A DNA stretch of 63,771 nt, filler included, from Octopus bimaculoides (Eukaryota), in assembly GCF_001194135.2 (NCBI RefSeq). It is 5 parts of 5 records of this genome, joined end to end, with 100 filler letters (N's around TTAATTAATTAA, not from the genome) between each part and the next. Parts side by side here need not be neighbours in the genome. Positions count along the whole stretch, not along the records: positions 28,746 to 58,372 come from NC_068983.1; 4 more parts are not named here. One strand, 5' to 3'. Under the pieces are notes generated by a model. That model had not been told where the DNA came from. It worked only from the letters and a program-made list of their open reading frames with translations, and did not search any database. Shown piece after piece: positions 37,961 through 49,987 of this stretch; the stretch's first letter is position 1; each line of letters opens with the position of its first letter. The translations under genes were made by a program, and so were the position numbers.

Positions 37961-38760
37961 GAACAAGATCCAAAGTGTGGATGAACTGCAACTAACACCA
38001 CCGAGAACATTGATCGTATTCACCACATGCTAATGGATGACAGGCCATTGACTATACATCAAATATCCAATGTTATTAGCATATCCTATGAGATACTTGA
38101 AAATATTGTGGACAATGAATTTGGCATGATGAACGTTTTTGCTCGGTGGGTGCCATGTCTTCTAACACCTGTTCATAAGGGCACCAGGCTGATCACGTTA
38201 CAGGAAAATCCGATATTATTTCAGGCAGATCCAACTGGTTCCCCTGATCGTTTCTTAAGCCAAGATGAATGTTGGATTCATCACTTTGAACCATAGACAA
38301 TGAGAAATCCGTGCAGAGAAAAAGAGACAATCCACCCCTCATCACCTGTTCCAAAGAAGGCCAAGTTCGTTTCATCTGCAACGAAGGTGACGGACTCAGT
38401 TTTGAGGATGCAAACGGCATTGTGTTTATTGACTATCTTCAAAAGTGCCACACCATCAACGGAGAGTACTGCTGAAGCAGTTACGAAAGGCTATCAAGAC
38501 CAAAAGCCCTGGAAAACTGACGAAAGGAGTCTTGTTTCATTAAGACAACACTTCAGCAGACAAGTTTTTGGTTTCATTGGTTGTGCGCGACTGTAGCTTT
38601 GAACTGATTGATCACACTCCATATTCCTCTGATTTTTCCCTATCTGACTATCATCTGTTCCCTAATATGAAAGACCATTTGGATGGGAATTTGTATCGCA
38701 ATGATGATGACTTCATATCTGCTTGTTAATGACATTTTTAGCAACAGGGTGAAAGTACCC
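37545..38760 (+). mobile_element. mariner (DD34D) transposase relic with an internal (GA)n expansion
   Basis: MGKNWYRRVIKYL..TVQKWAAEFRSGRE; ARWVPCLL; QDECWIHHFEP; late HTPYSSDF.LSDYHLFP. Stops and frameshifts are present. Confidence 0.88.
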
Positions 38761-39276
38761 ATTGTATTTATTGTACTAGACTCATTTTTATATCGTTGCA
38801 TAATTTGTTATGTTATATCTATTTAGATATCTATCATTAACTAGACTTTATTCATCACAATAAATTCTTTGTATGTTCCTGCCCTTGCAAAGGAGAATCT
38901 AAAGGTACGTCTGACAAAAGATCCTTTGACTGAGATTTCATATACAAATATATTCTTTAACAATATACTCACACGTTTGTATAGGTGTATACTGGTGAGA
39001 TATACTTGGTGTTTCTTATCGCAATGTTTATATTAATTGAAAAGAGCTTCTTATATTGTTCAAATCTTTATCTAATTAAACGTTTACTTAAGTTGTGTTG
39101 AGTATTAAAGATTAATATAATTTGGTATCTATTCAAAGATAATATAATGAACTAATACATAATATAGCCTAAGTAAAAAAAAAAGTCGTTTTGTAGTAAA
39201 CATTGATGAGGCCAAGATTTTGATGAATTTAATAAAAACGAATATTTTTTTATTAAAATGTGATCAAAATGTAAGC

Positions 39277-39582
39277 GCACCTTGGGCAAGTGTCTTCTAC
39301 TATAACCTCGGGCCGACCAAAGCCTTGTAAGTGGATTTGGTAGACGAAAACTGAAAGCCCGTCGTATATATATGTTTGTGTGTCTGTGTTTGTCCCCCCC
39401 ACCATCGCTTGATAACCGATGCTGGTGTGCTTACGTCCCCGTAAACTGGCGGTTCGGCAAAAGAGACCGATAGATTGAGCACTAGGCTTACAAAGAATAA
39501 GTCCTGGGGTCGATTTGTTCGATTGAAGGCGGTGCTCAAGCATGGCCGCAGTCAAATGACTGAAACAAATAAAAGAATAAGA
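39277..39582 (+). mobile_element. SINE family B, 5'-truncated, ~95 bp from the GPCR splice donor
   Basis: GCACCTTGGGCAAGTGTCTTC..CATGGCCGCAGTCAAATGACTGAAAC. Confidence 0.85.
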
Positions 39583-39675
39583 AATGAAATAAACATTGTT
39601 AAATAACATAACATAAAAAAACAAACATTTAGATTTATTAATGCAAAGCGTGTGTAAATTCTGCTTGATATTTAC

Positions 39676-40507
39676 CTTCCAGTCCATAATAATTGTTAGA
39701 CGTAAGTACGAAGATGTAGCTCCATTCGAAGTAGACAATGATATCAAAGATTGCTTGGGCTTGAAATTTATCAGACGGAACCACTCGAATGAAATTTGGA
39801 AAATAAAGCCATCGCTGGAAAATGTTACTTGTTGCCATACACCCAACAATGGGTATGCCGAGCAGCTGCAAATTCATTGCTAAACTTACTGTGGTATCGC
39901 TTGTGCTGCTGCCTACAACAGCAACAACGGGCTTTTGAGAAATTGAAGCATCCTTTGTATCGTCATTATAGTAATTTTTCTCGCTAAATTCCATGTCGTT
40001 TTCATTACTCAGTTTATTGTCTGAATCTGTGCTTTGCGTAATGTTAACGTTACTGAAAGAGTGCGACTCGGTAACAATAGAAAAGTTTGCCTCTGATTGG
40101 CTACAACCATTACTCTTGTTCGGACAGAGTTGATGCCCACTAGTCAATAAACTATTCGACAGGATACGTTGTGACAGCTTCATGGCTATAGCAGAAACTT
40201 GCTGCACACTGTTGTAATCGTCATGAATCACATATCCAAGAGACACATTGGACAAAAGTGAGGCATCCGCATTGATATATTCGATGGCTGAAATTATTGC
40301 TTCAACGGCAACTACATTATCAACGCTGATGTCAGTATCTTCATCCGGACGGTTTCCTTCATGGATTGAAAGAACAAAATCTATTATATAATCACCATCC
40401 ATTGTAATATTTGCAAATTCGTATGATTGCTCGTTCACTGTGCAACGCCTTGCGTATTGACCAAGAAATATAATTATTAGCACAATATATTTTTCAGATA
40501 AATTCAT
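39676..40507 (-). CDS. First coding exon of a class C GPCR (mGluR/CaSR-like, ANF-receptor/Venus-flytrap domain), 277 codons plus 1 nt, phase-1 intron
   Basis: Signal-peptide-like start (IVLIIIFLG); GDYII; VEAIISAIEYINADASLLSNVSLGYVIHD; VVAVVGSSTS; LGIPIVG..ATS; FIRVVPSDKFQAQAIFDII..FEWSYI..YG. GTAAAT donor at 39675. Downstream exons were not recognised. Confidence 0.9.
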
Positions 40508-40834
40508 CTTTTATTTTTATTTTTTTTCTGAAATCTGCAATGTGTCTTTTCCATATAGCAGTTAAATTAATGTCTGGAGAAATAGAAAAGAAAAAAAGAA
40601 CACAGCAGAAGTTTATATAAACTGAATAATACAAATGCAGAGGAACTTTTAACACAATATATCTGCATGTCTGTGCAAATTTATAAGTTCGCATGTGCGC
40701 AGGGGCGCATGTGTGTGCGAGTGTGAGCTAAAGCATTTGGAATGTTTTCAATTTCGTATACAATACTAACTATATATGCAAGTATATCTGTTCACTCATA
40801 TACATTAACATATATACATATCTTTTTGTCTACA

Positions 40835-40878
<44 letters not shown>

Positions 40879-40888
40879 NNNNNNNNNN

Positions 40889-40934
<46 letters not shown>

Positions 40935-42002
40935 AAATTAGTGTACATTTATACACAAAAGAGGTGACCCTAACAGGACATCTTACATGCTAAAAGGAAT
41001 AGTCTAAGTCCAAACCACGGTTAAGAGTAATTTCGAAGGGGATGAAAAATAAAAACGTTTTCAATAGTTACCACCTGTAACTAGGTTTCGGACATTAATG
41101 AACAAATAAAATAATTTGTTATCCGTGTTCAAATTCACCACGCAAGCGAAGTTATATTCGGCAGCGAATAAAAATATATGTACTAACTCTCTTCAAAATT
41201 ACGAAAATATATATATATATACATACATACATATATTTATATATATACATACAGTGGGGAGAAATAAATATTCATACATGTCAAAATTCTTTATTTATTT
41301 AATCTTTATTGAACATAAATGGGATATACCGATATTATATTTGCATACACATACATAAACTAAGAATATGCAAAAGAAACTAATAATTTATAGTAACTAA
41401 TGAATTTATATACAAATTTATACACAGCTGTTTCAGATAGACATTCAAGATGTTAAGATATACTTTTGAAACAGCTGTAGTACTCGACTACCTCTTCCCA
41501 TTTGTTTTATTTACAGATTTGATTATCACATAATAAGCAACATTTGAAGTTCTCGAAATTCTCGGCGTGAAGTTACATTCTTCCTTTCATCTCATTGGCA
41601 TTTTCTCTTTCATTCGCGTTATGAAACTGCTTCTGATTAATACATTTTATTGATTAATTACGGAGTACTTTTTTTATACAAGCTTTGTTTATACTAAAGA
41701 CTGACCGGCTGTGCTTGCCACAATCACTTTATATACATTATATATATATGTGTGTTTGTGTGTAATTTATTGGCTTAATTCATTGAATAAGATTTCATTG
41801 ACATATTCGTTCGATAGTATTCCAAGATTCGAAATTTTCTTGCTATGCTTTTCTAAGTAGAGACATTTTCGCAGCCTCATAATATTTAAGTTTGTTTATA
41901 AACTTTACTTGAGTTCTTTCGTGAACAATATTCTATTAAGATGAATTATGTTGTACACTATCATATTGTCCAAAGATAAAGCTCCTCAGGACTTTTTCTA
42001 TA

Positions 42003-42826
42003 CAGACTGTCCTCATTTAACGACCTACCTATTTAACGACCACTCGGAGTTACGACGAACTTTACGAGCCGTCATTACATATAAATAATAATAATAACAT
42101 TAATATAAAAAACTTTAAAACTTTGACTGTCGTATTGTGCGCTGTATGAGAATTGCCGTCGTGACGGCAGCGCATCCCGAGCACCCAGCCTCACCCTCCG
42201 ACACGCTCACTCTCTCGCCCTCCCGCCTGTGGTCAGCCAGGCAACACAGTGACGGTTTCTGTACCTATATTACTATTTCGTCTTTTTTTCCATTATCTCT
42301 TGAACTTTTCCGATGTTATCGAGAAATTTATGACGAAAAAAAGAAGATAACAAAGCAAACAACACTGACGGGATTTTTCATGCAATTTGATGTCAAGAAT
42401 GAGTTGCTTTTGTAATTTTTATCCAAAGTAAAATAAAGTTATTATGTTTGAGTTTCCTTTAAACCTTTTCACCTTTTCTATATAATCCTGAGAAAAGTTT
42501 ATTAGGCATCTTATGTACTGGGCCTGGAATCACAAACATTCTTACGATGTCTGAGTTAGAATAATACAGTATCCATATCCTAACTTTTAAGGTTTTCCTT
42601 GTGATAATCTTACTGTTACTTATTCATTTTTCAACAATTTATGTTAGTGATTCTTGGCCCTGTACTGCATATACTATATACAGTACAGTATTCTGTTTTT
42701 ATATGTACGTACAGTACAATATACCTATAAAAAAAATACGCACCCTATGAATATTCGTTTAACAACGAATTTGATTAACGACGGGGCTGCTGGAACGTAA
42801 CTCGGTCGTTAAATAAGGACAGTCTG
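42003..42826. mobile_element. pogo/Tigger-like MITE
   Basis: TIR CAGACTGTCCTYATTTAACGACC at both ends; TA TSD at 42001-42002 and 42827-42828. Confidence 0.85.
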
Positions 42827-43144
42827 TATTAAGAACTTATAGGGTGTGGTTTCGGTTTTACAACTTTTGAATCTTTAACATATCGCCAATTGTCTTGTTT
42901 CATCATGTGAATAAAAATAGGTGTAATCAGGGAATGAGAAATGCGAGGATATATACATGCCATTGCCATGTAGAGACAACGCAATCATTTAAAAGCAATG
43001 TATGGTCTTCGTAAATATAATTCCACTAAGTTAATATGAAAATAGATGTTATATAGAAACAGTAGGATCTACAGTATCTTTATAATATTTTAAGAGTTTC
43101 TTCTGTGAAATATACATGAAAATTAATAATGAAGCATATATATT

Positions 43145-43330
43145 GGTTTCACATTTTGGCACAGGGGATAAGTCAACTACAGCGATCCCAGTGTACAGCT
43201 GGTACTTATTTTATCGATCCCGAAAGACAAAGTCGACCTTGGCGGAATTTGAACTCAGAACGTAAAGCCGGACGAAATGCCGCCAAGCATTTTCCCGGCG
43301 CGCTAACGATTCTGCCAACTTGCCGCTTTA
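43145..43330 (-). mobile_element. SINE family A
   Basis: Reverse complement of family A. Confidence 0.85.
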
Positions 43331-43444
43331 ATGGAGCATATATATATTGTGAGGAATTTGCATATCGGGAAGTAAAGCCTCCAAATTTATAGCATCCAGT
43401 TTTCTAACAAAATTTTCAACATCTTTTCAACAATCTTAAACAAA

Positions 43445-43866
43445 AGGTGCAGGTGTGGGCTTGTTGTAAGAAGTTTGCTTACCAACCACATGGTCCAGAG
43501 TTCAGTCCCACTGCGTGGCACCTTTGGTAAGTGTCTTCTAATAGAGCCTCGGTCTGACCAAAGCCTTGTGTGTGGATTTGGTCGACGGAAACTTAAAGAG
43601 ACCTAAGGCGGCGAGCTGGCAGAATCGTTAGCATGCCGGGCGAAACGCTTAGCGGTATTAACTCTGCCGTTACGTTCTGAGTCCAAATTCCGCCGAGGTC
43701 GACTTTACCTTTCATCCTTTCGGGGTCGATAAATTAAGTACCAGTTACTCACTGTCCTTGTTTGTCCCCACTATGTTTAGCCCCTTGTGGGCAATAAAGA
43801 AATAAGAAACTTAAAGAGACCTGTTTTGCATGTGTGTGTGTGTGTATTCATATGTGTGTGTGTGTT

Positions 43867-43915
<49 letters not shown>

Positions 43916-44105
43916 CTGTGCGTGTGTGTGTCCACCACCGCTTTACTGCTGATGCTGAGGTGCTCGTAACTTAGAGGTAAAGAGATCGATAGAAAAGTAC
44001 TAGTCTTAAAAATAAATAGGTACTAACGTCGATCCGTTCGACTAAAATTCTTTAAGGCAGTACCCCAGCATGACTGCTGTCTTATGACTGAAACAAGTAA
44101 AAAAA
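43445..44105 (+). mobile_element. SINE family B interrupted by a family A SINE (43605-43805)
   Basis: 17-bp TSD GAAACTTAAAGAGACCT at 43588-43604 and 43806-43822. Confidence 0.88.
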
Positions 44106-45115
44106 AACAATAAAAGACTCCTTAACAGATAAAACATGAACATTACATTGCGTCATATTGTAAATATGAATTCCTTTTGTTTCAGTGTTGGTATTCTGTA
44201 AGTGGCTATGCAGATAACACTATATTTCATTCTTCCAAAATTTTCTGTTTATCGTGAAAGGTTTGAAAAGCATTCTTTATTTGGCATATACTTACGTTTC
44301 TTCTTTGAAAACGATTAAAACATAAATGCTACTCAAAACCGAGTAAACATATGCGCAGAACATCCTCTTTAATCAGAAGAAGCACTCAATTACAGTCTCA
44401 ACAATTATTCCAAACGGTGGACCACACTATTAGTGAAATTGCTAACCTTGTGCCAAAATTTGAAAGCAGTATTATACGTTGGATTTTACCCGAAAAGTGA
44501 CTTTGTATGCGGAGAGAAAGAGAGAGACAGAGACTGCGTGATAATCACAGAGAGAGAGAGAGAGAGAGTGAGAGAGAGAGGGAGAGGAGGAGAGAGAGTG
44601 AGAGGGAGAGAGAGCGTGAGAGGAAGAGAGAGAGAGGGAGAGAGAGGAAGAAAAATAAATAGGCCTGACAGATTTACAAGTCTGCCAGTATATATCATAT
44701 TCATTTATTATAGTCATGAAGAGACAGTTATTTAAAAGCAATTTATGGTTTTTGTATATACAGTTTCAGCAAGATAATGTATGAAAATAGATGTTAAATA
44801 GAACTGTATTGCGTATAGTATGTTTATATATTGGTAGCTCCTTCAGTTCAGTATGATAGAATACATATATTATTATGATCCTGCGTTGTATTGCAAGTGA
44901 TTAAAGCATTCATTTTTCATACAAGATCGCAAGCATTCTTAGATAACAGGTGAAATATAAACTTATATTACATCACCTTGCGAATATTCCGGTACGATGC
45001 TAGTATTATGCAAATGTAGGCAGAATTAATTCATTTTAATACTACAATATTGCTAATGCATTTTTAAAATTAATTTTAAAACGCTAAATATAGTATTTAT
45101 ATACTCTCCCCATTA

Positions 45116-45320
45116 AAGCGGCGAGCTGACAGAATCGTTAGCACACCGGGCAAAATGCTTAGTGACATTTCGTCCGTCTTCACGGTCCGAGTTTACGTTC
45201 TGCCGGATTTTGCCTTTCATCCTTTAGGGGTCGATAAAATAAGTAGCAGTTGAGAACTGGAATCAATGTAATCGACTTGCCCTTCCCTCAAAATGTCTGG
45301 CCTTGTGCCAAAATCTGTAA
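45116..45320 (+). mobile_element. SINE family A
   Basis: GCGGCGAGCTGACAGAATCGTTAGC..CCTTTCATCCTTTAGGGGTCGATAAAATAAGT. Confidence 0.85.
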
Positions 45321-45479
45321 CTTATTCATTAACCTGATTCCTTAATCAAGTAAATACCTCTGAATAAGAATTGAAACTTAGATTATTAATTTTGGCACGC
45401 CGGGAACTTAACCTGCTTGCTTCGATGCTTATTTAGAATTTGATGTCGCAAGAATACGATGGAATCGTTAGAGCGTCGC

Positions 45480-46400
45480 ACAAAATATATTGGAGGAGGC
45501 CAAGTCAAGAGAGTAAGGTGGGTGGTCTACCTATTCGAAGCCAAAGTCGCGTATTTTCTGTAGAGTTTCAATTACTGTGTGTTCTGGTGCATTGTCCTGC
45601 AAAAAGAGGACACCACTGCTCAGCTTTTCATGATGTTTTTGATTCAAAACTTCACACAGTTTGTCTAACAGAGACATGTAATATTCTGCGTTGATAGTGC
45701 AACACTTTGGCCGGTATTTTATGAGGATCACGCCATCTTTGTCCCAGAACACTTTCCAGCTGTGTTCTAGGCTCGAAATTTCTTGAGACTCGATGACCTG
45801 CTGTGGCGCTACTCTACTGATTACTGCTTGGTATGGAGATCAAAATGATGAAGCCAAGCTTCATCCATGGTGACTAAACGAGCCATGAAATCAGCCTCTC
45901 CCACTGCAAACTGGTTCAAAATTGCCTTCGATGTTGTCACCCTGATGCGCTTCTGATCTGTGTTCAGGTATTCCAACACCCGTTTTTCAGAAAGCTTTCC
46001 CATGTCCAAAATGTGGATGATGTGGCCAACTCTTTCGCGGGAAATCGCCAGAGTCTCAACTATGACTGTAGCAGCAATTCGACGGTTCTCGAGAATCATG
46101 ATGTGCATAGCGTCGACTTTGTTCTCTGTAGTCGTGAAAGTTGGTCGTCCTGGCCGGGGTTCATCTGAAATTACCATTCCAAAAACTTGACACCCAGATT
46201 TTCACTGTGGAGTAAGATGTGCAGCCGTCCTTCAAGTCTGCCTTCATCTCCCCATGAATTCCGATAAATTAACGTCGTAATGACAATGACACGATCCCAT
46301 CAGTATTCATGTACTTTGCAGCATCACTTCCCTGTTGAAGCGATTGTTTCTCTCCAAGCTGTGGTCACACATGGACGATATGAGTATCTAAGTTCTTTCA
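45480..46400 (-). mobile_element. mariner transposase relic
   Basis: DEPRPGRP..RLVTMDEAWLHHFD; FWDKDGVILI..TINAEYY..LQDNAPEH. Confidence 0.88.
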
Positions 46401-46774
46401 TGATAAATTATATTACTGATTAGTCAAACTAAAACAACATCGTCTACGTCCTTGAGCATACATAGAAAAAGTAATTGAGAGTTGCAATAAGATGATATCC
46501 TCTTCCCACAAATATCAATTGAAAATCGAAATACAATCAGTGAATCATTTTGTGGGGAGCTTAAGGTGGCGAGCTGGCAAAATCGTTAGAGTGCCGGGCA
46601 AAATGCTAGAAATCCATCGTATGTCACATATCGTGGGTCACACATTTGTCTTTTTGAGTTTAACTCGGCACTACAGCGTTTACTATAAACACTGAATATA
46701 ATTTTAAAGAAATAATTAAAGTAATATTCGAGTTGGTCTCAGTGTTTACTTTCTCAGTTTGCGTTAAAATCCTT

Positions 46775-47615
46775 GGATCATTCTGATTTGGCGGACACCA
46801 TTTGTTTTCTAACGAAACACTTTCAAACTTGGGATACTGGTAGAATGTATCATATAAAACATCTCTTTCTCTTAGCCTTGTTAAGAAAAGTTTCTATATT
46901 CCAAGTTATTTCGTGTTAAAAGTTGTCGTATTTCGGTAATTTCAACCAATCACTGACGTCTATTGAGGTGAAAACAATTATTGCTGTGGCTTGTCAACAA
47001 CACGTTCTGGCGGTGTAATGGGATCTTTTCCCTTGAATAAAATTAGCGCCGTTGTTTGTCAACAACAGCTATCAGCTGTACTGTTATTTATGACATCGTT
47101 CGTGCGTTTGTACTGGTTTTAGCTTTAGGGTTTTAGGGTTAGGGTTCGGGTTTTAGAGTTAGGGCTAGGGTTAGGGTTTTAGGGTCAGGGTTAGGGTTTT
47201 AGGGTTAGGGATAGGGTTTTAGAGTTAGAGTTAGGGTTAGGGTTAGGGTTTTAGATANNNNNNNNNNATAGGCACAAGGCCTGGTTTTTGAGGGAAGGAG
47301 TAAGTCAATTATATTAATCCCAGTGCATAACTGGTGCTTAATTCAAGAGGATTACCAGGGACTAACGATATATACACCGCCACAAATTATTGTTGACAAA
47401 GAACAGCAGTAACTGTATTCAGCTGAATAGACGTCAGTGATAGGTTGAAATGACCGAAATACGACAATTTTTAACATGAAATAACTTCGAATATAAAAAT
47501 TTTTCTCTGTTCTATAAGACAAAATATACAAGTATACGAAATTTTAAAGTGGTTTGGTTGAAAACACTAAATAAAAACTAAATAAAAAATGGTGTCCGCC
47601 AAATCAGAAAGATCC
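46775..47615. mobile_element. Second GGATC-ended MITE with a TTAGGG/TTTTAGGG tract
   Basis: TIR GGATC(A/T)TTCTGATTTGGCGGACACCATTT; 8-bp TSD AAATCCTT (46767-46774, 47616-47623); subterminal sequence shared with 33397-33998; telomere-like tract at 47117-47254; a 10-N gap and a SINE A stub lie inside. Confidence 0.88.
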
Positions 47616-49374
47616 AAATCCTTATTATATATTTTTATACAATTTTATATCATATGGTGAGATGTAACTTTCTTTTTTAAGTTTAAAACTTGTTCTTCAC
47701 AAATGGACAGTGATTTTATATTCGAAAATCTGTCTTTAAAGTGTTTTTTATACCGTACTAAGATCCATTATAAATTCACACATAATACAGTATATTTTTA
47801 TCACCATACATCACTCCGACTGAATTATTTGGTCTCTATAGTGATCTTGTTTCTACATGCATCTGCATCTTAACATAAATCTCAAAGAAATTTTATTTTG
47901 AAAACAACTGTATAAACTGCTATAGTTTATATTTAGCGTAATAAACAGGCGTGCAAGCCGACTATTTTGAGATTAATTAACAACTCGAAGTTGTTTTAAT
48001 ATTTTGAGAAACTTCAACAAAACTAAAACAAACCAAAATCATACAAAATACATTAACTGTTATAACGAATTGAGTTATAAAAGGAACAGGTATTGAAACA
48101 GTGATATAAACAGGAGTTGCTATAAATAATTCATCAAAAATATAAAATTCATGTAAAATATAGCATTAATCCAAAAATATCACTGACAATAAATAGTAAC
48201 ATTTTTATGACATCTTCAGATACTTAAGATGAAAAGCCTAAAAGAAAGTTAAATTCAAGTGGTGTTTTGTTAAATACTGCAAACAGGTGGAGATATCAGG
48301 AAACAGTAGGCAAATTCCAAACTTGAGAGTCAGACATCCGCTGTTAATACGCTGGCTACAAATTTAAGCCGGAACTAATTGGTCTACAACTATAACAACG
48401 ATGATACTAAGGTTTAGTATTTTTACTTAGCTATTCATCTAACAGTGATCGATAATAAGAGCCAGAACTCGAGTGGGAAGCTATAAATCGGAGCGCAGGT
48501 TAGGGTAACTAATATCAGAGTAACATTTATTTCATTGATTTTTATCATAGAACAACGACAAATTATTATCTAATACTGACACAAAGTCAATTTTATTGCA
48601 AAAAGCTACAGATTTTTTTTCTTTTCTTTTCTGAATAGATCACATTGAATAAGCGTTGCTTACCCTCCGCTCTCGAATAGGTTCGAAAGCAAATTCAATT
48701 TTAACAAAACTAAATAGAGTCTGTAAAGAGACCAAACAAAATACTACAAGGCGTTCTACCTGGTGTCCTATCATTTCTGTTATCAACTTCAATCAATTGC
48801 CATCATTTACTAAATAAATAGAATCCAGTTGAAAACCACAACTACTGATTTCTCTCTAAACTAAAGATCAACCTAGTCAAGGGAGTTACGATGTCGATTT
48901 CATCAAACCAAGTAAAATATTCGAGCTTACCGAGCCTCTATGCGATCCATATACCCGCTAGAAGTGGCAGGGAAATCTCTCTTAAATCACGTTCTACCGT
49001 CGACAGAAAAAGCAAGACACAATGGTTGATGTAGTTTTGATTTTTTTAATTAATAAAAAAAAAGTGAGAAAGGTTGAGTAGCTCTTAATCACCGGTCTGA
49101 CAAATCAGCGACAAGAACTAGATATTCATGATAACTTTGTCCGTAGAGGTGCCTACTATTTTCTAGTCGCCTACTCTCATAATAGAGATTTGTAATTAGG
49201 AATAAAGAAATTTAGAGATTTGTAATTAGGCCGTCTATCGAATCAGTTTTAATTACATGTTTGGTTTTTTATTCCAGGTAAAATTTGAACGGAAAATGTA
49301 AAGAGACAGGAAGGAAATGTGTCGAGCACTTTGTTTCTGTCATCTACCGCCTCTTCTAAACCAAAGTTACGGTT

Positions 49375-49987
49375 TCGAATTTTGGCATAGACCCAACAGT
49401 CTTTGAGCGGAGGGCGAAGTCAAATACTTTGATTCCAGTACTTGACTATTACTTATTTTATCGAGTCCCAGAGTTTGAAAGCAAAGTCGACCTCGGAAGA
49501 ATTTGAGCTTAGAAGGTAAAGACGGACGAAATGCCATAAGCATTTTGTCCGGCATGCTAACGGTTCAGCCAGTTCGGCACCTTCTTCTAAATAATCCTTT
49601 CTACTATCGACACAAGGCCTGAAATTTAGGGGAGAGGGATAGTCGATAACATTGACTCCAATACTTAACTGGTATTTAATTTATCGACTCCTAAAGGCTG
49701 AAAGGCAAAGTCGACTTCGGAAGAATTTGAACTCAGAACGTAGCGACGGATGAAATACCTATTTCGTTATTGCCCACAAGGGGCTAAACATAGAGGGAAC
49801 AAACAAGAACAGACGAACGGATTAAGTCGATTACATCGACCCCAGTGCGTAATTGGTACTTAATTTATCGACCCCGAAAGGATGAAAGGCAAAGTCGACC
49901 TCGGCGGAATTTGAACTCAGAACGTAACGGCAGACGAAATACCGCGAAGCGTTTCGCCCGGCGTGCTAACGATTCTGCCAGCTCGCT
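49375..49987 (-). mobile_element. Cluster of three same-orientation family A SINEs
   Basis: Three GGCAAAGTCGAC(C/T)TCGG..GAATTTGA(A/G)CT blocks at ~49480, 49705 and 49890. Confidence 0.85.

Noticed and set aside
41232-41480. Tc1-like left end (CAGTGGGGAGAAATAAATATT) and a 12-bp IR at 41424-41478
   Set aside because: No matching right TIR was found, so an element cannot be delimited.
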